From: Halorussus limi
Lineage (GTDB): Archaea; Halobacteriota; Halobacteria; Halobacteriales; Haladaptataceae
Length of the DNA stretch: 24,000 nt
Direction: 5' to 3'
NCBI RefSeq assembly: GCF_023238205.1
Contig: NZ_CP096659.1
Location: 1,791,626-1,815,625, forward strand
Part shown: positions 22,051 to 24,000 of the stretch, piece after piece
Layout: each line of letters opens with the position of its first letter
How positions within the stretch are numbered: the first letter of the stretch is position 1
Made by a program: the position numbers and the translations under genes
The notes under the pieces: generated by a model
Told to the model about the DNA's origin: nothing
Seen by the model: only the letters and a program-made list of their open reading frames with translations
Database searches by the model: none

Positions 22051-23028
22051 CTACGCGACCGTATTCGTCCTGTCGCCCGTCCCACCTGTCAGGGCGCTCG
22101 CGATAGCGCCCTTCAGCACCACGTCGTCGCCGAGGTTCGTCAACTGCACGTCGGGGACGTTGTTGAACACGAGTTCGCCGACTCGCTCCCGGATGGGGTC
22201 GACGACCAGCGACTCGTTTTTCAGCGCCACCGCGCCGCCGACGTAGACGACCAGCGGAGCGTACGCCTGCGCGATGTTGGTCACGCCGAGCGCGTTCCAG
22301 TGGGCCACTTGGTCGATGACGTGGTCGGCGAAGTCGTCCTCGCCGGCGGCGTCGAACACGTCCACCGCCGAGAAGTCGGGGTCCGCGAGCGGCAGGTCGG
22401 TGTCGAGGCTTCCGGCGTCCTCCGCGAGCAGTTTGGCGTACTCGGGGATGTTGTTGCCCGAGCAGTACGCCTCCCAGTGGCCCTCCCGGCCGCACCCGCA
22501 GGTGCGTCGGCCCTGCGGGTCCACGACCATGTGGCCCACCTCGCCCGCGTTGCCGTCCCACCCCGAGAGGACTTCGCCGTCCACGCAGACGCCCGCGCCG
22601 ATGCCCGACGAGATGGTCAGATACACCATGTCGTCGGGGTTGCGGTCGCTGTAGTACCGCTCGCCGATGACGCCCGCGATGGTGTCGTTGTGGAGGTAGA
22701 CCGCGTCGCTGTCGATGAGTTGTCCGACGGGACCGGTCAGCGGGATGCGGTCGATGGTGTCCGGGAGGTTCGCCGGGTTCTCGACCGCGCCCTCCGCGAG
22801 GTCCAGCGGTCCGATGGAACCGATGCCCGCGGCCAGAATCTCCTCCGGTTCGATACCGGCGGCCTCGCTGGCCTCCCGGAGGCACTCCAAGACGGCCTCC
22901 GTGACCGCGATGCCCGTGGGACCGTTGGGGGTGTCCGCGCGGTGGACGCTCACCACGTCCCCCTCGTCGTCGGCGACTGCCGCCCTGACGTTCGTCGCGC
23001 CGAGGTCAACGCCCGCGTAGTGCGCCAT
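22051..23028 (-). CDS. ROK-family sugar kinase (glucokinase-like)
   Basis: 325 aa. Features: N-terminal GVDLGATNVR phosphate-binding motif; GAGVCVDGEVLSG; GEVGHMVVD; and the Cys cluster CGCGREGHWEAYCSG. Confidence 0.85.
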   Translation of the reverse strand: MAHYAGVDLGATNVRAAVADDEGDVVSVHRADTPNGPTGIAVTEAVLECLREASEAAGIEPEEILAAGIGSIGPLDLAEGAVENPANLPDTIDRIPLTGPVGQLIDSDAVYLHNDTIAGVIGERYYSDRNPDDMVYLTISSGIGAGVCVDGEVLSGWDGNAGEVGHMVVDPQGRRTCGCGREGHWEAYCSGNNIPEYAKLLAEDAGSLDTDLPLADPDFSAVDVFDAAGEDDFADHVIDQVAHWNALGVTNIAQAYAPLVVYVGGAVALKNESLVVDPIRERVGELVFNNVPDVQLTNLGDDVVLKGAIASALTGGTGDRTNTVA

Positions 23029-23147
23029 TCACCCCGGTAGGACGGTCCGGTCTCACTTAACTACAAGCATTTACTCGCCGACGAGTATGCCAGACCGTAG
23101 CGCGGCGGTCGGGGTCGCGACGGGAAAAAATTCGACTCCGACGAAAC

Positions 23148-23597
23148 TCAGTCCCCGCGGACGAACGTCACCGGGCAGGGCGCGTTGAGCATCACCTCTT
23201 GGGCCGTACTCCCGAAGACGGCCTTGCCGGTGGGCGAGCGCTTGCGCCCGCCGACGACCACGCGGTCGGCGTTGACCTCGTTGGCCAAGTCCACGATGGT
23301 CTCGCCGTGCGCGCCCACTCGGCCGCGGACGTTGTACTCGACGCCCGCCTCGTCGAAGGCGTCGGTCAGTTGGCGGACGGTGGCGTGGCGCGCGGCCACC
23401 TCGTCGGGGTCGATTTCGCCGTTCGGGTCGTAGTCGAGTTGGCTGACCACGCCGTCGAACTCCTCGTCGGTGAACACGTGGGCCAACACGACTCGCGCAC
23501 CGGTCGGTCCGGCCACGTCGCTGACTGCACTGGCCAACTCCTCGGTGCGGTCGGCGTCGCCCGGGCCGACCGCCAGCAGGATAGTCTGTAGTGCCAT
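23148..23597 (-). CDS. Universal stress protein (UspA family)
   Basis: 149 aa. ILLAVGPGD occurs near the N-terminus. The C-terminal ATP-binding motif is VVVGGRKRSPTGKAVFGSTAQEVMLNAPCPV. Confidence 0.85.
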   Translation of the reverse strand: MALQTILLAVGPGDADRTEELASAVSDVAGPTGARVVLAHVFTDEEFDGVVSQLDYDPNGEIDPDEVAARHATVRQLTDAFDEAGVEYNVRGRVGAHGETIVDLANEVNADRVVVGGRKRSPTGKAVFGSTAQEVMLNAPCPVTFVRGD

Positions 23598-23758
23598 ACC
23601 GACACGTCTACCTTCCTGATATTAATGATATGTGGCCGTGGCCGTATTCGCGCCGTCCCGGTCCCCGGTGCGGTCGCTCGCGACTCCTGGGACCGCGGAC
23701 CCTCGAAACGCTCGCCGAATCCTCAACACGGAAATACGACGCCCCCGAATCTCGACCC

Positions 23759-24000
23759 GTGATTCGACCCGACCTGACCGGACGGACCGCGCTCGTGACC
23801 GGGAGCGCGACGGGCGTCGGCCGAGAGTTACTGCTCGCGCTGGCCGACTGCGGCGCGTCGGTGGCGGTCCACTACCGCTCGAGCGGGGAGGCCGCCGCGG
23901 AAGTCGCCGAGGCCGCGCGAGAGCGCGGCGCCCCGGCGGCGACCACCGTGCAGGGAGACGTGACCGACCCCGACGACGTGGACGCGATGTTCGACGCCGC
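23759..24000 (+). CDS. Short-chain dehydrogenase/reductase, N-terminal part (runs off the window)
   Basis: GTG start. The translation MIRPDLTGRTALVTGSATGVGRELLLALADCGASVAVHYRSS contains the TGxxxGxG Rossmann motif. It is not in the ORF track because no stop occurs inside the window. Confidence 0.7.
   Translation, partial: MIRPDLTGRTALVTGSATGVGRELLLALADCGASVAVHYRSSGEAAAEVAEAARERGAPAATTVQGDVTDPDDVDAMFDA

Noticed and set aside
20497-23040. 847-aa plus-strand ORF and 686-aa minus-strand ORF (20825-22885) spanning two real genes
   Set aside because: They run straight across the boundary between the LVIVD and ROK genes. Their extreme Arg/Gly/Val composition also marks them as high-GC artefacts.
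1-24000. CRISPR array or cas genes
   Set aside because: No regularly spaced 25-40 bp repeats are present anywhere. The only tandem repeat is the in-frame 27-bp coding repeat at 20644-20733.

Overview
The window appears to come from a high-GC haloarchaeal chromosome. Evidence: very acidic proteins, Tat signals, a PGF-CTERM anchor, and TATA-like boxes about 30 nt upstream of start codons. It has two parts.

(1) Positions ~1-14492 look like the right-hand >=14.5 kb of an integrated mobile element; its left end is outside the window. The right end carries an intact tyrosine integrase (13292-14293, -), paired hairpin repeats, and a 3' fragment of a tRNA-Ala-like gene (14446-14492), which I read as attR. 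Composition is mosaic. Hand counts of single 60-nt lines gave ~42% GC at 5881, 55-70% inside the helicase gene, 27-35% at 9661-9780, and ~72% in the host gene at 16321. The backbone is a tandem-RHH gene plus an SF2-like helicase/wHTH gene (7379-9672) beside an AT-rich region.

The rest of the element is dense in nuclease-type accessory genes:
- a NucS-like PD-(D/E)xK + RAMA-like protein
- a DUF4268-type protein
- a frameshifted small PD-(D/E)xK endonuclease that is missing from the ORF track
- an AlbA_2/Schlafen-like protein
- a free-standing LAGLIDADG endonuclease
- a translationally coupled PD-(D/E)xK + unknown two-gene operon
- an M48-like protease and a PRC-barrel protein

The most striking unexplained structure is an 18-20 bp motif, CCGYTGYTGGTGGCAYGT, present four times. 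Two direct copies lie left of the replication module and two inverted copies lie right of it. Each pair brackets an accessory cassette. I propose this as a candidate cassette-exchange, inversion or iteron system, but it is unproven.

(2) From ~14.8 kb onward the genes look like ordinary chromosomal ones: a small membrane protein, a Tat-secreted GH3 beta-glucosidase, a zinc-ribbon acidic protein, a conserved small protein, a GNAT acetyltransferase, a NifU-like protein, an LVIVD-repeat PGF-CTERM surface protein, a ROK kinase, a UspA protein and a partial SDR.

Many long ORFs in the track are antisense or alternate-frame shadows of these high-GC genes. All functional calls rest on motifs read by eye; no database search was run.
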